64,000 bases of DNA from Planctomycetota bacterium (GCA_035384565.1 DAOOIT010000017.1:24579-88578); one strand, 5' to 3'. Shown: positions 1 to 9,363, counted from the first letter of the stretch. Notes: a model not told the origin generated them from the sequence alone. Program-made: numbers and translations.

Positions 1-207
1 GGCTCTCAGCTCGCCAGCGTGCTGGCCTACTTCGAGAAGCTCGCCGAGCTGGACACCTCGGACGTGGCGCCGACGGCGCACGTCATGGGCCTGCGCAACG
101 TCTTCCGCGACGACGTGGAGCGCCCCTCGGCCCCTCGCGAGGCGATGCTGGCGAATGCCCCCGCGCAGGCCTGCGGCTGTTATGTGGTGCCCAAGATCCT
201 CGATTGA
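1..207 (+). CDS. gatC: Asp/Glu-tRNA amidotransferase subunit C, 3' end (5' truncated by window edge)
   Basis: C-terminal GatC-like sequence (...FEKLAELDTSDVAPTAHV...LRNVFRDD...). The frame is open from base 1. Confidence 0.65.
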   Translation, partial: GSQLASVLAYFEKLAELDTSDVAPTAHVMGLRNVFRDDVERPSAPREAMLANAPAQACGCYVVPKILD

Positions 208-728
208 GCGCCAGCGGGGCAGGCCCGCGCCCGTCACAGGAGAATCTCGCCGTGCCCAAGCCGCCCATCGTGGACCCCGCCTCGATTGACACGAGCCGCA
301 TCCAGTACGACATCGAGGCGATCCGCAAGTGCAACCGCCAGCGCTTCGAGATGGAGCAGCTCACGGCCATCGTGCACGTGGACACCGAGAAGCGCCTCAT
401 CATCGCCTACAAGGACGTCTCGGACCAGGAGTTCTGGGTCCGCGGCCACATTCCCGGCCGTCCGCTCATGCCCGGCGTGGTGATGTGCGAGGCGGTCGCC
501 CAGGCCGCCAGCTTCCTCATCGCCCAGTGCGTGAAGGACCTCAAGGACTTCGTCGGCTTCGGCGGGATGGACGAGGTGCGTTTCCGCGGCGAGGTGAAGC
601 CGGGCGACCGCTTCATCGTCGTGGGCCAGATCGAGAGCCTGCGCCGCGCCTATGCCGTCATGCAGGCCCAGGCCTTCGTCGGCACCAGAATGGTCTTCGA
701 GGGAAAGATCATCGGCGTCCCCATGTAG
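204..728 (+). CDS. FabA/FabZ-family 3-hydroxyacyl-ACP dehydratase (hotdog fold)
   Basis: Has the motif GHIPGRPLMPGVVMCEAVAQA typical of FabZ. The TTG/ATG start overlaps the gatC stop. An alternative GTG start near 252 is possible. Confidence 0.6.
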   Translation: MSASGAGPRPSQENLAVPKPPIVDPASIDTSRIQYDIEAIRKCNRQRFEMEQLTAIVHVDTEKRLIIAYKDVSDQEFWVRGHIPGRPLMPGVVMCEAVAQAASFLIAQCVKDLKDFVGFGGMDEVRFRGEVKPGDRFIVVGQIESLRRAYAVMQAQAFVGTRMVFEGKIIGVPM

Positions 729-767
729 GACTGCGGGTCGGCAGTCCGCGATTCGCCCCGGAATGCC

Positions 768-1850
768 ATGACGGGTCAACAGCGCTTCCTCAAAGCCCTC
801 CGCCGCCAGCAGCCCGACCGCGTGCCGGTGTGGGAACTCATCGTCAACGAGCCGATCATCCGCGCCCTCCACGGGCCGGGCGTCTCGTACCACGACTTCT
901 GCGACCGCGAGGACCTCGACGGCGTCACCACCTTCGAGAACCAGCGCGTCACCCGCCTCGACCCGCACACCGTGCGCGACGAGTGGGGCATCCTCTGGCG
1001 CACCGACGAGGCCACCGGCATCCCCTACCGGGTGGACGGCCCGATCAAGTCGCCCGCCGACCTCGACGCCTATCGCGCGCCCGACCCCGACGCCGACCAC
1101 CGCCTGCTCACCCTGGCCGAGGCCGTGCGCCGCTTCCAGGGCCGCCGCGCCATCGTCTTCCTCAGCCACGACGCCTTCGAGTTCTCCTGCTACCTCTACG
1201 GCATGGACCGCCTGCTCATGGCCTACGTGGCCGAGCCCCAGGTGGCCCACCGCCTCGCCCGCATCGTCACCGACTACAAGAAGCGCGTGTGCGAACGCGC
1301 CGCCGCGCTCGGCGCCGACGTGCTGCTCACGGGCGACGACTACGCCAACCGCAAGGCCCCCCTCATGTCGCCCGCCCACTTCCGCGAGTTCTGCCTGCCC
1401 TATCTCCAGGAGATGGTGGACACCGCGCACCGCCTGCGCAAGCCCTTCATCAAGCACACCGACGGCAACCTGTGGCCGATCCTCGACGACCTGGTGGGCG
1501 CGGGCATTGACGCGCTCGACCCCATCGAGCCGATCGCGGGGATGGACATCGGCGAGGTGAAGGCCCGGTACGGCCGCCGCATCGCCCTGTGCGGCAACGT
1601 AGACTGCGGCGAGCTGCTCTCGCGCGGCACGCCCGACGACGTGGTCGAGGCCGTCAAAGAGACCATCGCCAAGGCCAGCCCGGGCGGCGGCCACATCCTC
1701 GCCTCGTCCAACAGCATCCACCCCGCCGTCCGCCCCGCCAACTACCGGGCCATGCTCGCCGCCGCGCGCCGCTTCGGCCAATACCCGCTCGACCGACGCC
1801 TCGTCGCCGAGTACCGCGGCCGCCGCTACATCGAACGCTTCTTGGGCTGA
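768..1850 (+). CDS. Uroporphyrinogen decarboxylase (URO-D/MtaA-like) family protein
   Basis: N-terminal RFLKAL...QPDRVPVW and GDD...HTDGN...DPIEP pattern of the URO-D family. No tetrapyrrole gene context. Confidence 0.6.
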   Translation: MTGQQRFLKALRRQQPDRVPVWELIVNEPIIRALHGPGVSYHDFCDREDLDGVTTFENQRVTRLDPHTVRDEWGILWRTDEATGIPYRVDGPIKSPADLDAYRAPDPDADHRLLTLAEAVRRFQGRRAIVFLSHDAFEFSCYLYGMDRLLMAYVAEPQVAHRLARIVTDYKKRVCERAAALGADVLLTGDDYANRKAPLMSPAHFREFCLPYLQEMVDTAHRLRKPFIKHTDGNLWPILDDLVGAGIDALDPIEPIAGMDIGEVKARYGRRIALCGNVDCGELLSRGTPDDVVEAVKETIAKASPGGGHILASSNSIHPAVRPANYRAMLAAARRFGQYPLDRRLVAEYRGRRYIERFLG

Positions 1851-1929
1851 CGGCCGGGCCGCGGGCGCGGCGCCGCAAGACCCGCCGCCGGCCCCTGCGC
1901 GCCGGCGGCCTTGCCGGGGAGACCTGGGG

Positions 1930-3912
1930 ATGTGTGCCGAGGACCAAGCCCAACGGCTCCTGGAAAGCCAGGCCGACCTCCTGGGCGAGCAGGTGCTCGC
2001 CGGCGGCGGCGACCCGTCGCTCGCCGCCTGCGCGGCCCAGTTGCCGGAGCTCGTGGGCTACACCTTCCTCGGCAACGAGCTGTCGAGCCGCATCCTCTAC
2101 GTCGAGCCCGACGGCCGGCTCGGCGTCACCGCCGGCGAGTTCGGCCCCGTGCAATTCGACTCCGCGCTCTTCGACCCGCGCGAGCTCCTGCCGCCCGCGA
2201 CGTGCGACCGCGCCAAACGGCGCCTGTACGGCGGCTACCTGCCGGCCATTGACTACTCGTTCTTCGACAGCGCCCAGTCGCTGGCCTGGCAGGAGATCGC
2301 CTTCGTGCGCCCGACGAGGCCCGACCTCCTGGTCTTCCTGCGCATCGTGAGAGCCGGCGGGCGCGAGGCCGTGTTGCGCCTCCAGATCGGCGAGCGCGGC
2401 AAGATCCCCGTCTCCAGCGAGCGCTTCGAGGACTATCTGCGCGAGCTCGGCGCCCACTGGACGCGGGCCCTCGGCTCCGCCCTGCGCCTCGAGGGGCCCG
2501 AGGCCGCCGTGTCCAACGCCTGCCTCGCCTCGCTCGTGCGGGCCTTCATCACCCACGACGGCCCGCGCGCCCGCTACGGCGTGGGCCTCTACCGCGAGCC
2601 ACGCCACGACGCCTTCCCCCCCGCCACCCTGAGCACCGTGAACGCCTGCGTGGAGTGGAACCTGCTGGCCCGCGCCCGCGCCCATCTCGACGACTACCTC
2701 GATCGCCTCGTGCGGCCCGACGGCACCTTCGACTACTACGCCCCCGCCGTCTCCGAGTACGGCCAGATGCTCGACGCCATCGCCCGCTACGCGCGGCGCA
2801 GCCGCGACCACGCCTGGCTCCGCGAGCGCGTGCCCGTCGTCGAGCGCATCGCCGGCCACCTGCTGGCCCTGCGCCGCGCCGCGCAGGAGAAGTGGCCCCG
2901 CGACGACCCCCGCCACGGCCTGCTCTTCGGCCCGGCCGAGGCCGACACCGCCGCCGAGCCCGACTACTACTACTCCGGCAGCGGCTGGGCCTGGCGCGGC
3001 TGGCTCGAAACCGCGCGCGCCTACGCCGCGCTGGGCGACGACACCCTGAGCCGCCGCGCCGCCGAGCTCACGGCCGAGTGCCACGCCCTCCACGCCGACC
3101 TCGAGGCCAGCCTGCGCGCCTGCGTCGTGCCCATCACCGCGCCCCCGTTCGTGCCCCCCGTGGCCGGCCGCGGCGGCTTCTTCCACTCGATGACCGCCGA
3201 CCGCTTCGCCTCCTACACCAACTACCGCTACTGGCCCGAGATGCTCTCGGCCGGCTTCCTGCGCCCCGAATGGCACGACGCCCTCATCGCCTACCGCGCC
3301 GCCCACGGCGGCGAACTGCTCGGCACCACCCGCTTCCTCGACCGCCTGGACGACTGGCCCTACGCGGGCTACGCCTACGGCCTGCTGCTGCGCGACCGCG
3401 TGCGCCACTTCCTCCTCGGCTACTACGGCGACCTCGCCGTGCACCGCACCCCCGGCACCTACACCGCCTACGAGCAGGTGGCCATCCGCGGCGCCCCCAC
3501 CCGCCGGCCTGCCGCCGACTACTGCGTCCCGGCCCAGCTCGTCACCCCGCTGATGACGCGCTGGATGCTCGCCTTCGAGGAGCCCGACGCCGACCTGCTC
3601 TGGCTCGGCCGCGCCCTGCCCCGCGCCTGGCTGGCCGCAGGCCAGCGAATCAGCGTCGAGCGCGCCACCACGCGTTGGGGCCTTGCCGGCTTCGAACTCG
3701 AGGCGAAGAGCGGCGGCCTCGTCGCCGCCCGCGTGCACCTGCCCGACCAGGGCCGGCCCGCCGAACTGCGCCTGCGCCTGCGCCGCCCGGGCGCCCCCCC
3801 GCTCCAGAGCGTCACCGTCAACGGCCGCCCGCATGCCGACTTCGACCCGCAGGGCGAATTCATCCGCATCCGCCGCCCCGAGGGCCGCACGCTCGAGATC
3901 ACCGCCCAATAG
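1930..3912 (+). CDS. Hypothetical protein (660 aa)
   Basis: Long ORF with regular codon usage and non-low-complexity translation. No family recognised. Confidence 0.5.
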   Translation: MCAEDQAQRLLESQADLLGEQVLAGGGDPSLAACAAQLPELVGYTFLGNELSSRILYVEPDGRLGVTAGEFGPVQFDSALFDPRELLPPATCDRAKRRLYGGYLPAIDYSFFDSAQSLAWQEIAFVRPTRPDLLVFLRIVRAGGREAVLRLQIGERGKIPVSSERFEDYLRELGAHWTRALGSALRLEGPEAAVSNACLASLVRAFITHDGPRARYGVGLYREPRHDAFPPATLSTVNACVEWNLLARARAHLDDYLDRLVRPDGTFDYYAPAVSEYGQMLDAIARYARRSRDHAWLRERVPVVERIAGHLLALRRAAQEKWPRDDPRHGLLFGPAEADTAAEPDYYYSGSGWAWRGWLETARAYAALGDDTLSRRAAELTAECHALHADLEASLRACVVPITAPPFVPPVAGRGGFFHSMTADRFASYTNYRYWPEMLSAGFLRPEWHDALIAYRAAHGGELLGTTRFLDRLDDWPYAGYAYGLLLRDRVRHFLLGYYGDLAVHRTPGTYTAYEQVAIRGAPTRRPAADYCVPAQLVTPLMTRWMLAFEEPDADLLWLGRALPRAWLAAGQRISVERATTRWGLAGFELEAKSGGLVAARVHLPDQGRPAELRLRLRRPGAPPLQSVTVNGRPHADFDPQGEFIRIRRPEGRTLEITAQ

Positions 3913-3985
3913 CGCGCTTGCACGCCACGCCCGTTTCCTGTACCATTTCCCCCCAATCATCGGGCCCTTATAGGAGGCAAACGCC

Positions 3986-5008
3986 ATGCCCAAGAAGGTC
4001 GAAGGGAAAGTCCGTGTCGCCATCATCGGCTCGGGCGGCATCGCCGGCGCCCACTGCGCCGGCATGCTCAAGCACAAGGACAAGGTCGAGTGCGTCGCCC
4101 TGTGCGACATCTCGGAGAAAAACCTCAAGGCGCGCAACGACCAGCTCGGCGGCGAGCGCCCCTGGTTCACCGACTGGCGCAAGATGCTCAAGGACCTGGC
4201 CGACGGCCTCGACGCCGTGATCATCTGCCTGCCCCACCACCTGCACGCCAAGGCCATCGTAGACTCCGCCGCCGCCGGCAAGCACATCCTGTGCGAGAAG
4301 CCGATGTGCATGAGCCTCAAGGAAGCCGACACCATCGCCGCCGCCGTCCAGAAAGCCGGCATCACCTACATGTCCGCCCACAACCAGCTCTTCCTGCCCG
4401 CCGTGCAGGAGGCCAAGAAGCTGCTCGACGCCGGCGCCATCGGCGCCATCCGCTGGATCCGGTCGCAGGACTGCTTCCTGGCCGGCGTGCAGTGGTTCCC
4501 CGGCACCTGGCGCGCCAGCCTGAAGACCCAGGGCGGCGGCGAACTGATTGACACGGGCTATCATCCCACCTATCGCCTGCTCTATCTCGGCGGCTCGAAG
4601 GCCGTGGGCGTGCGCGGCAGCATGGGCCGCTTCGTGCAGCAGATCGAAGGCGAAGACACCGCGAGCGTCCAGGTGCGCTTCGCCAGCGGCGCGCTCGGCG
4701 AAATCCTCACCTCGTGGGCCTTCCCCAACCCCTACGGCACCCACCAGATCCACGTCGTGGGCGAGAAGGGCCAGCTCTTCGGCTCGGGCAACGACCTGTT
4801 CCTGCTGCCCGACGGCTTCCGCGAGCCGGCCAAGATGGTGCTCAGCGGCGGCGACACCTTCGCCGACCAGATCGCCCACTTCGCCACCTGCCTCCAGAAC
4901 GGCACCCGCCCGCTCCACTCGGTGGAGGAGGGCCGCGCCGTGCTCGAGATCATCCTGGCCGCCTCCAAGGACGCCCAGGGCTGGCAGGCCCTCGTCGCGA
5001 AGAAGTGA
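3986..5008 (+). CDS. Gfo/Idh/MocA family oxidoreductase
   Basis: N-terminal Rossmann motif VAIIGSGGIAGAH. RBS TAGGAGG upstream. Confidence 0.85.
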   Translation: MPKKVEGKVRVAIIGSGGIAGAHCAGMLKHKDKVECVALCDISEKNLKARNDQLGGERPWFTDWRKMLKDLADGLDAVIICLPHHLHAKAIVDSAAAGKHILCEKPMCMSLKEADTIAAAVQKAGITYMSAHNQLFLPAVQEAKKLLDAGAIGAIRWIRSQDCFLAGVQWFPGTWRASLKTQGGGELIDTGYHPTYRLLYLGGSKAVGVRGSMGRFVQQIEGEDTASVQVRFASGALGEILTSWAFPNPYGTHQIHVVGEKGQLFGSGNDLFLLPDGFREPAKMVLSGGDTFADQIAHFATCLQNGTRPLHSVEEGRAVLEIILAASKDAQGWQALVAKK

Positions 5009-5201
5009 CCCGTCGCGTCGGTTCCGTGGGCGGGACCTCTGCGTCCCGCCTCGGCAGATTCGCGGGACGCGGAAGCCCAGCCCGCACGAAGCAGGGCGGG
5101 CAGGCGATGACACGCTCGTCGCCTGCCCGCGTCCATGCGCGGGCCCCCGCCAGGCCCCTTGCATTCCTGCCGCCGCGCGCTATGGTATCTGAGCCGAACC
5201 A

Positions 5202-5299
5202 GGGTCTGTACGGGAATCCACACGGGACTGCGTCGCCGCGCCTTGCATCCGCCCCGCTGACGCCGGCAACGCAGCCCGCGTGGATTTCCGCACAGACCC
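5202..5299. repeat. Family 1 element, short (internal-deletion) form
   Basis: Same terminal inverted repeats and same first 70 bp as the long form (opposite orientation), with the roughly 180-bp internal segment missing. Confidence 0.7.
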
Positions 5300-5324
5300 C
5301 AGAGTCATGCCCAGGAGGCGAACC

Positions 5325-6416
5325 ATGCGAACGAGCCGGCGGCGGTTCCTGGCCTCGGCCACGGCTCTGGCCGCATTCCCCGGATGCTACTGGAGCGGGA
5401 CCATGAAGAGGCGACCGATTGTGCCCTGGCTGTCGGAAGTGCAGGCGGCCCCCGCCGACTTGCCGGCGGATACACCCCGGCTGGCGCCGCTGCTGGTGGA
5501 TGCACACGGGCGCCCCATCACCACGCTCGGGGCCTGGCGCACGCGACGGGCTGAGCTGCGCCAGGCCTGGCTCGACTTCCTCGGCACGGTGCGGGCCGAG
5601 CGCGCACGCCCCAAGCTCGAGGTGCTGGAGGAGGACCGCCCCGAGGGCTGCATCCGCCAGCTCGTGCGCTACGAGAGCGAGCCGGGAATCCCCGTCGAGG
5701 CCTACCTGCTCAAGCCCGCCAGGCAGACCGGCCCGCGGCCCGGCATCGTCGCCCTCCATTCCACCACCAACGCCACGATCCGCCAGACGGCCGGCCTCAC
5801 CGACACGCCCGAAAAGGCGTTCGGCCTCGGCCTCGCGCAGCGCGGCTTCGTGGCCTTCTGCCCCAAGTGCTTCCTGTGGGTGGGCGAGGGCGACTACCTC
5901 GCCCGCGTGGCCGCCTTCCACCAGCGCCACCCCGGCGCCAAGGGCATGGCCAAGATGCTCTTCGACGCCGCGCGCGCCCTGGACGTGCTCGAGACCCTGC
6001 CCGAGGTGGACGCCGCGCGCCTGGGCGCCGTGGGCCACTCGCTGGGCGGCAAGGAGGCGCTCTACCTCGCCGCCTTCGACGAGCGGGTCAAAGCCGCCGT
6101 CTCCAGCGAGGGCGGCATCGGCATCTCCTTCTCGAACTGGGACGCCCCCTGGTACCTCGGCCAGGAGGTGCGCGACCCGGGCTTCGCGCGCAGCCACCAC
6201 GAACTGGTCGGCCTGATCGCGCCGCGGGCCTTCCTGCTCCTGGGCGGCGACGACGCCGATGGGACGCGGAGCTGGCCCTACATCGAGGCGGCGCTGCCCG
6301 TCTACCGCCTCTACGGCGGCCCCGCCCGGGTCGGCCTGTTCAATCACCGCAAGGGGCACAGCGTGCCACCCGAGGCCGAGGAGCGCGTCCGCGAGTGGTT
6401 CGCTGCGTGCCTGTAG
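5325..6416 (+). CDS. Alpha/beta hydrolase (dienelactone hydrolase/esterase-like) with Tat signal
   Basis: Twin-arginine motif SRRRFLAS, then GHSLGG nucleophile elbow. AGGAGG RBS 7 nt upstream of the ATG at 5325. The ORF track start at 5280 lies inside a repeat element. Confidence 0.7.
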   Translation: MRTSRRRFLASATALAAFPGCYWSGTMKRRPIVPWLSEVQAAPADLPADTPRLAPLLVDAHGRPITTLGAWRTRRAELRQAWLDFLGTVRAERARPKLEVLEEDRPEGCIRQLVRYESEPGIPVEAYLLKPARQTGPRPGIVALHSTTNATIRQTAGLTDTPEKAFGLGLAQRGFVAFCPKCFLWVGEGDYLARVAAFHQRHPGAKGMAKMLFDAARALDVLETLPEVDAARLGAVGHSLGGKEALYLAAFDERVKAAVSSEGGIGISFSNWDAPWYLGQEVRDPGFARSHHELVGLIAPRAFLLLGGDDADGTRSWPYIEAALPVYRLYGGPARVGLFNHRKGHSVPPEAEERVREWFAACL

Positions 6417-6557
6417 CGGCGGGTTGCGGGCTCACCAGGGCCTGGCGATCGTGACCTGCCGACCGCCGGGAGCGCGGAACCGGTGCCGCGGCGCCGGCGA
6501 AACCACGCCATAACCGCCTATGTTGCAACACCTTACGCCCTCCCGCATTCCCCCCTT

Positions 6558-6671
6558 GCATACTTGCTCATCGCCCGGGTGAGCGAGTATGGCCGGAACC
6601 GCGAGAATCGCCAATCCTCGCCCTTCTGGCCTTGCTGTATCACTTTCCCCCTCACAGGGTTGATACAACAT
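6558..6671. repeat. Family 2 structured repeat, copy 1 (two hairpins sharing the CATACTTGCTCA arm)
   Basis: About 85% identical to 42598-42711, same orientation. Confidence 0.6.
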
Positions 6672-6937
6672 GGGCACGCTGCGCCCCCCAAGCACCCGGC
6701 TGCGCCCTCCCGAGGAACCACCAGGCCCGCCGAGCCAAGATCGCCAGACCATGAAGAACCGCGCTGTACCTCTCAAGTACCTGCTATATATACGCTTACA
6801 GCGAGCCATCCGTCTGGGGCAATGCGCACGGATTGACCGACCGGTCGCTTGACATCACTAATTTGCTGGGCTATACTATCCCGGAACTGTATTAGAAGCC
6901 GGTCCGTACTTTGGCCCGACTTTGGCGGGGCGGTGCC

Positions 6938-7651
6938 ATGGGACGCGGGGCGGTTGCAGCAGCGGTATCCCTCCTGTTGGCGTGCGGCTCGCGCGCCGAT
7001 GTTCTCCAACTCGCCGACCAGGGGCGCCTCCATGGCTCGCTCGAGGAACTCCTCGTGCGTGTGGACGGGGTTCCGCGCGCCTATGCCCGGTCAGTTCTCA
7101 AGTCCGCGGCGCTGTCGCGCGAGGGCGACGGCGTCGAGCTGGCCGACGGCTCCACGGTGCGCGGGGCGGTCATCTCGGTGACCTTCCGCTGCGCCGGCAA
7201 GCTCTATGCCATTGCCAGGTCGAAGGTTAGAGCGGTGACACTGGATGGGGTTCCCATCGCCCCAGAGGCGGCGCCCGCGGCGGCACCCCCCGAGAACCCA
7301 ACGCCCCGAGCGCGTCCCCTCACCCCCGACGAGGTGGAGGCCAAGAAACGCTCCCTCGCCCGCAACGAGGCCCTCTGCCAGCAGTTCCGGGCCAAGGCCC
7401 GCGAGGCCGGGGGCCGGGCCGGGCTGGTGCTGGCCATGGCCGAGCAGATCCGGCTCGAGGTGCAGGCGGGCCGCTTCCTCACCGACGGCCAGATGTTCCA
7501 GCGCTACGAGGCGGCCCTCGCGGGCAAGCCGTTCCGCGAGCCAACCGCCACCCAACTCCGTCCGCTCGCCGCGGGCGTGAAGATCAGGCAGGGAGCGGAC
7601 AGGGATACCCCGGAACTGGTGGTCGAGCCGTTCCCCGAGATGAAGTACTGA
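6938..7651 (+). CDS. Hypothetical lipoprotein
   Basis: Signal peptide with lipobox LLLACGS. Start chosen at the second ATG. Confidence 0.5.
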   Translation: MGRGAVAAAVSLLLACGSRADVLQLADQGRLHGSLEELLVRVDGVPRAYARSVLKSAALSREGDGVELADGSTVRGAVISVTFRCAGKLYAIARSKVRAVTLDGVPIAPEAAPAAAPPENPTPRARPLTPDEVEAKKRSLARNEALCQQFRAKAREAGGRAGLVLAMAEQIRLEVQAGRFLTDGQMFQRYEAALAGKPFREPTATQLRPLAAGVKIRQGADRDTPELVVEPFPEMKY

Positions 7652-7716
7652 CCTGAGGAGCAGCAGACTCTTCAGGCTGGCGGTTCTCGGCACGCGGAGG
7701 GTCAGGAGGCGCACAC

Positions 7717-8325
7717 ATGAGAGCGCTGTGGGCGGCGGTGCTGATGGTGGGGCTGGCGTCGCTGGCGCGGGCCGAGGGCCCGCGCGAGTACAAGCAGGGC
7801 CTCGTCGCGCACTACTACCAGGACCCCCAGTTCTGGGGCGGCAACTGGCCCGACGGCGTGAGCGTGCCGAAGGTGAATCCGGCCGACTGGACGTTCACGA
7901 CCTACGCCTACAGCCGCGTGGAGCCGCTCATCAACCACCTGTTCATCCGCAACGGCTGGTTCAGCATCCGGTGGGTCGGCTACATCAACATCGAGCCCGG
8001 CGCCTCGGGCGAACACAAGGCCTCGGACCCTGTGAACGTGGGCTTCGAGCTGTGGGCCGACGACGGCGCGCGGCTCTTCATTGATGGCCAGAAGCTCATT
8101 GACGACTGGCGCGCCCGCTGGGAGAAGACGCCCCAGTCGCGCCGCAAGGCCGCCGCGACCCTCACCCCCGGCTACCACCGCATCGTCATCGAGTACTTCC
8201 AGGGCCAGAGCCTGGAGAAGGACGACCACGATCCAGCGAAGCTCTACTGGACCATCGGGGGCCGCAGGCAGATCGTGCCCGCCTCACATCTGTTCCACAC
8301 CGACGAGGACCTCGAGACCCGCTAG
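7717..8325 (+). CDS. Secreted PA14 domain protein
   Basis: Signal peptide plus a PA14-like core (FSIRWVGYI...DDGARLFIDG). Confidence 0.6.
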   Translation: MRALWAAVLMVGLASLARAEGPREYKQGLVAHYYQDPQFWGGNWPDGVSVPKVNPADWTFTTYAYSRVEPLINHLFIRNGWFSIRWVGYINIEPGASGEHKASDPVNVGFELWADDGARLFIDGQKLIDDWRARWEKTPQSRRKAAATLTPGYHRIVIEYFQGQSLEKDDHDPAKLYWTIGGRRQIVPASHLFHTDEDLETR

Positions 8326-8405
8326 GAGCCTGTCCAAGAATCCGCGTGGGACTGCGACGCCCGCGATTCTGGCCGCACGCAAGGCGCGTGGAGGAGAGAA
8401 GGGCC

Positions 8406-9215
8406 TCAGTCCGCCGGCAGGCGCGTCAGCAGGTCCAGGAACTCGGCCAGGTGGTCGTCGGTGCCGAAGTCCAGCACCGCCCGCTGCTTGCCGCAGCCGC
8501 CCCAGGCGCTGCCCACGAGGCGCCAGCGCAACACCGACGGGTCGGCCGCCCCGGGCACCAGCTCGGGAGGCTCCGGGTACCGCACATTCACCGTCATCAG
8601 CCCGTCCTCCCAGCGCGCGTCCTGGGCGGCGATCTGGGCGTGCGCCGTGTCGGCCCTGCCGAACGACTGCTCGAGATACCACTCGAAGAACAGCTCGGCC
8701 CGCCGCGGCGAGAGCCAGGGGTTGGGCTCAGGCCGCGACACGATGGCGTAGAGCAGCCGAGCGATGTAGTCGGGGTGTTTGGTGCCGTGCTTGCGCACGT
8801 AGGCCAGCGTCTCGTCGAGGTTGCGAAAGCCGTGCGACTGGGCGTTCCTGAGGCCCTGCGCCCCCTCGCCGCGCGCGATGTCGCGCAGCTTCTCCTCCGC
8901 CGCGGCGAACCGCGCGGCATTGGCCCTGAAGTACTGCTCCACCGCCCCCGCATAGTCCTTCTGCGCCAGCAGGGCGAGCAGCCCCTGGGTCTGCTCGACG
9001 ACGACCTTCACCTCGGGGGCCGTGTCGCCCTTGCCCGGCCCCACGATCAGCAGGGCCGCCAGGCCGGCCAGCACCAGAGGGAGAACGAGGATGTGGAACC
9101 ACGGGATGGGCCGATGGTGCAGCCCCGCGGCGTAGAGGTCGAAGCCACAGTCGAGACAGAACTGCCCCTTCCTGGGAAGGGCCGCATGGCACTTCGGGCA
9201 CTCCTTGCGGCTCAT
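8406..9215 (-). CDS. Zinc-ribbon membrane protein (hypothetical)
   Basis: CPKC...CLDC zinc ribbon followed by a TM helix. AGGAGG RBS before the ATG at 9215. Confidence 0.5.
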   Translation of the reverse strand: MSRKECPKCHAALPRKGQFCLDCGFDLYAAGLHHRPIPWFHILVLPLVLAGLAALLIVGPGKGDTAPEVKVVVEQTQGLLALLAQKDYAGAVEQYFRANAARFAAAEEKLRDIARGEGAQGLRNAQSHGFRNLDETLAYVRKHGTKHPDYIARLLYAIVSRPEPNPWLSPRRAELFFEWYLEQSFGRADTAHAQIAAQDARWEDGLMTVNVRYPEPPELVPGAADPSVLRWRLVGSAWGGCGKQRAVLDFGTDDHLAEFLDLLTRLPAD

Positions 9216-9363
9216 GGCTCCTCCTGTGTCGCGGTCCCGTGTGGATTCCCGCACTGCCCCTAAGATACCAAGCATCCCGTGGATGTCAACACCGGAACCC
9301 GGTCGTCGGAACCGCGCGGCGTCGGCCAGGGCCTCACGTGTACCCGCAAACGGGTGTGGGCCA

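Noticed and set aside
1654-4365. 903-aa ORF on the minus strand (similar long ORFs at 234-1781, 13928-17371, 20967-23306, 30759-33278, 37506-39860, 39878-42469, 48153-49991, 54702-56645, 58258-59910, 60370-62046 and 61847-63679)
   Set aside because: These are high-GC shadow ORFs. Their translations are Ala/Gly/Arg/Pro low-complexity, they overlap well-supported genes on the opposite strand, and they lack RBS and domain signatures.
5202-5299. DnaA-box-like TGTGGATTC inside family 1 repeats as evidence for an origin
   Set aside because: The motif is part of a dispersed repeat and matches only 7 of 9 positions. No array is seen.
5280-5324. ORF-track start for the Tat hydrolase at 5280
   Set aside because: The first 15 codons lie inside the family 1 repeat. 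The ATG at 5325 has an AGGAGG RBS and begins directly with the Tat motif.
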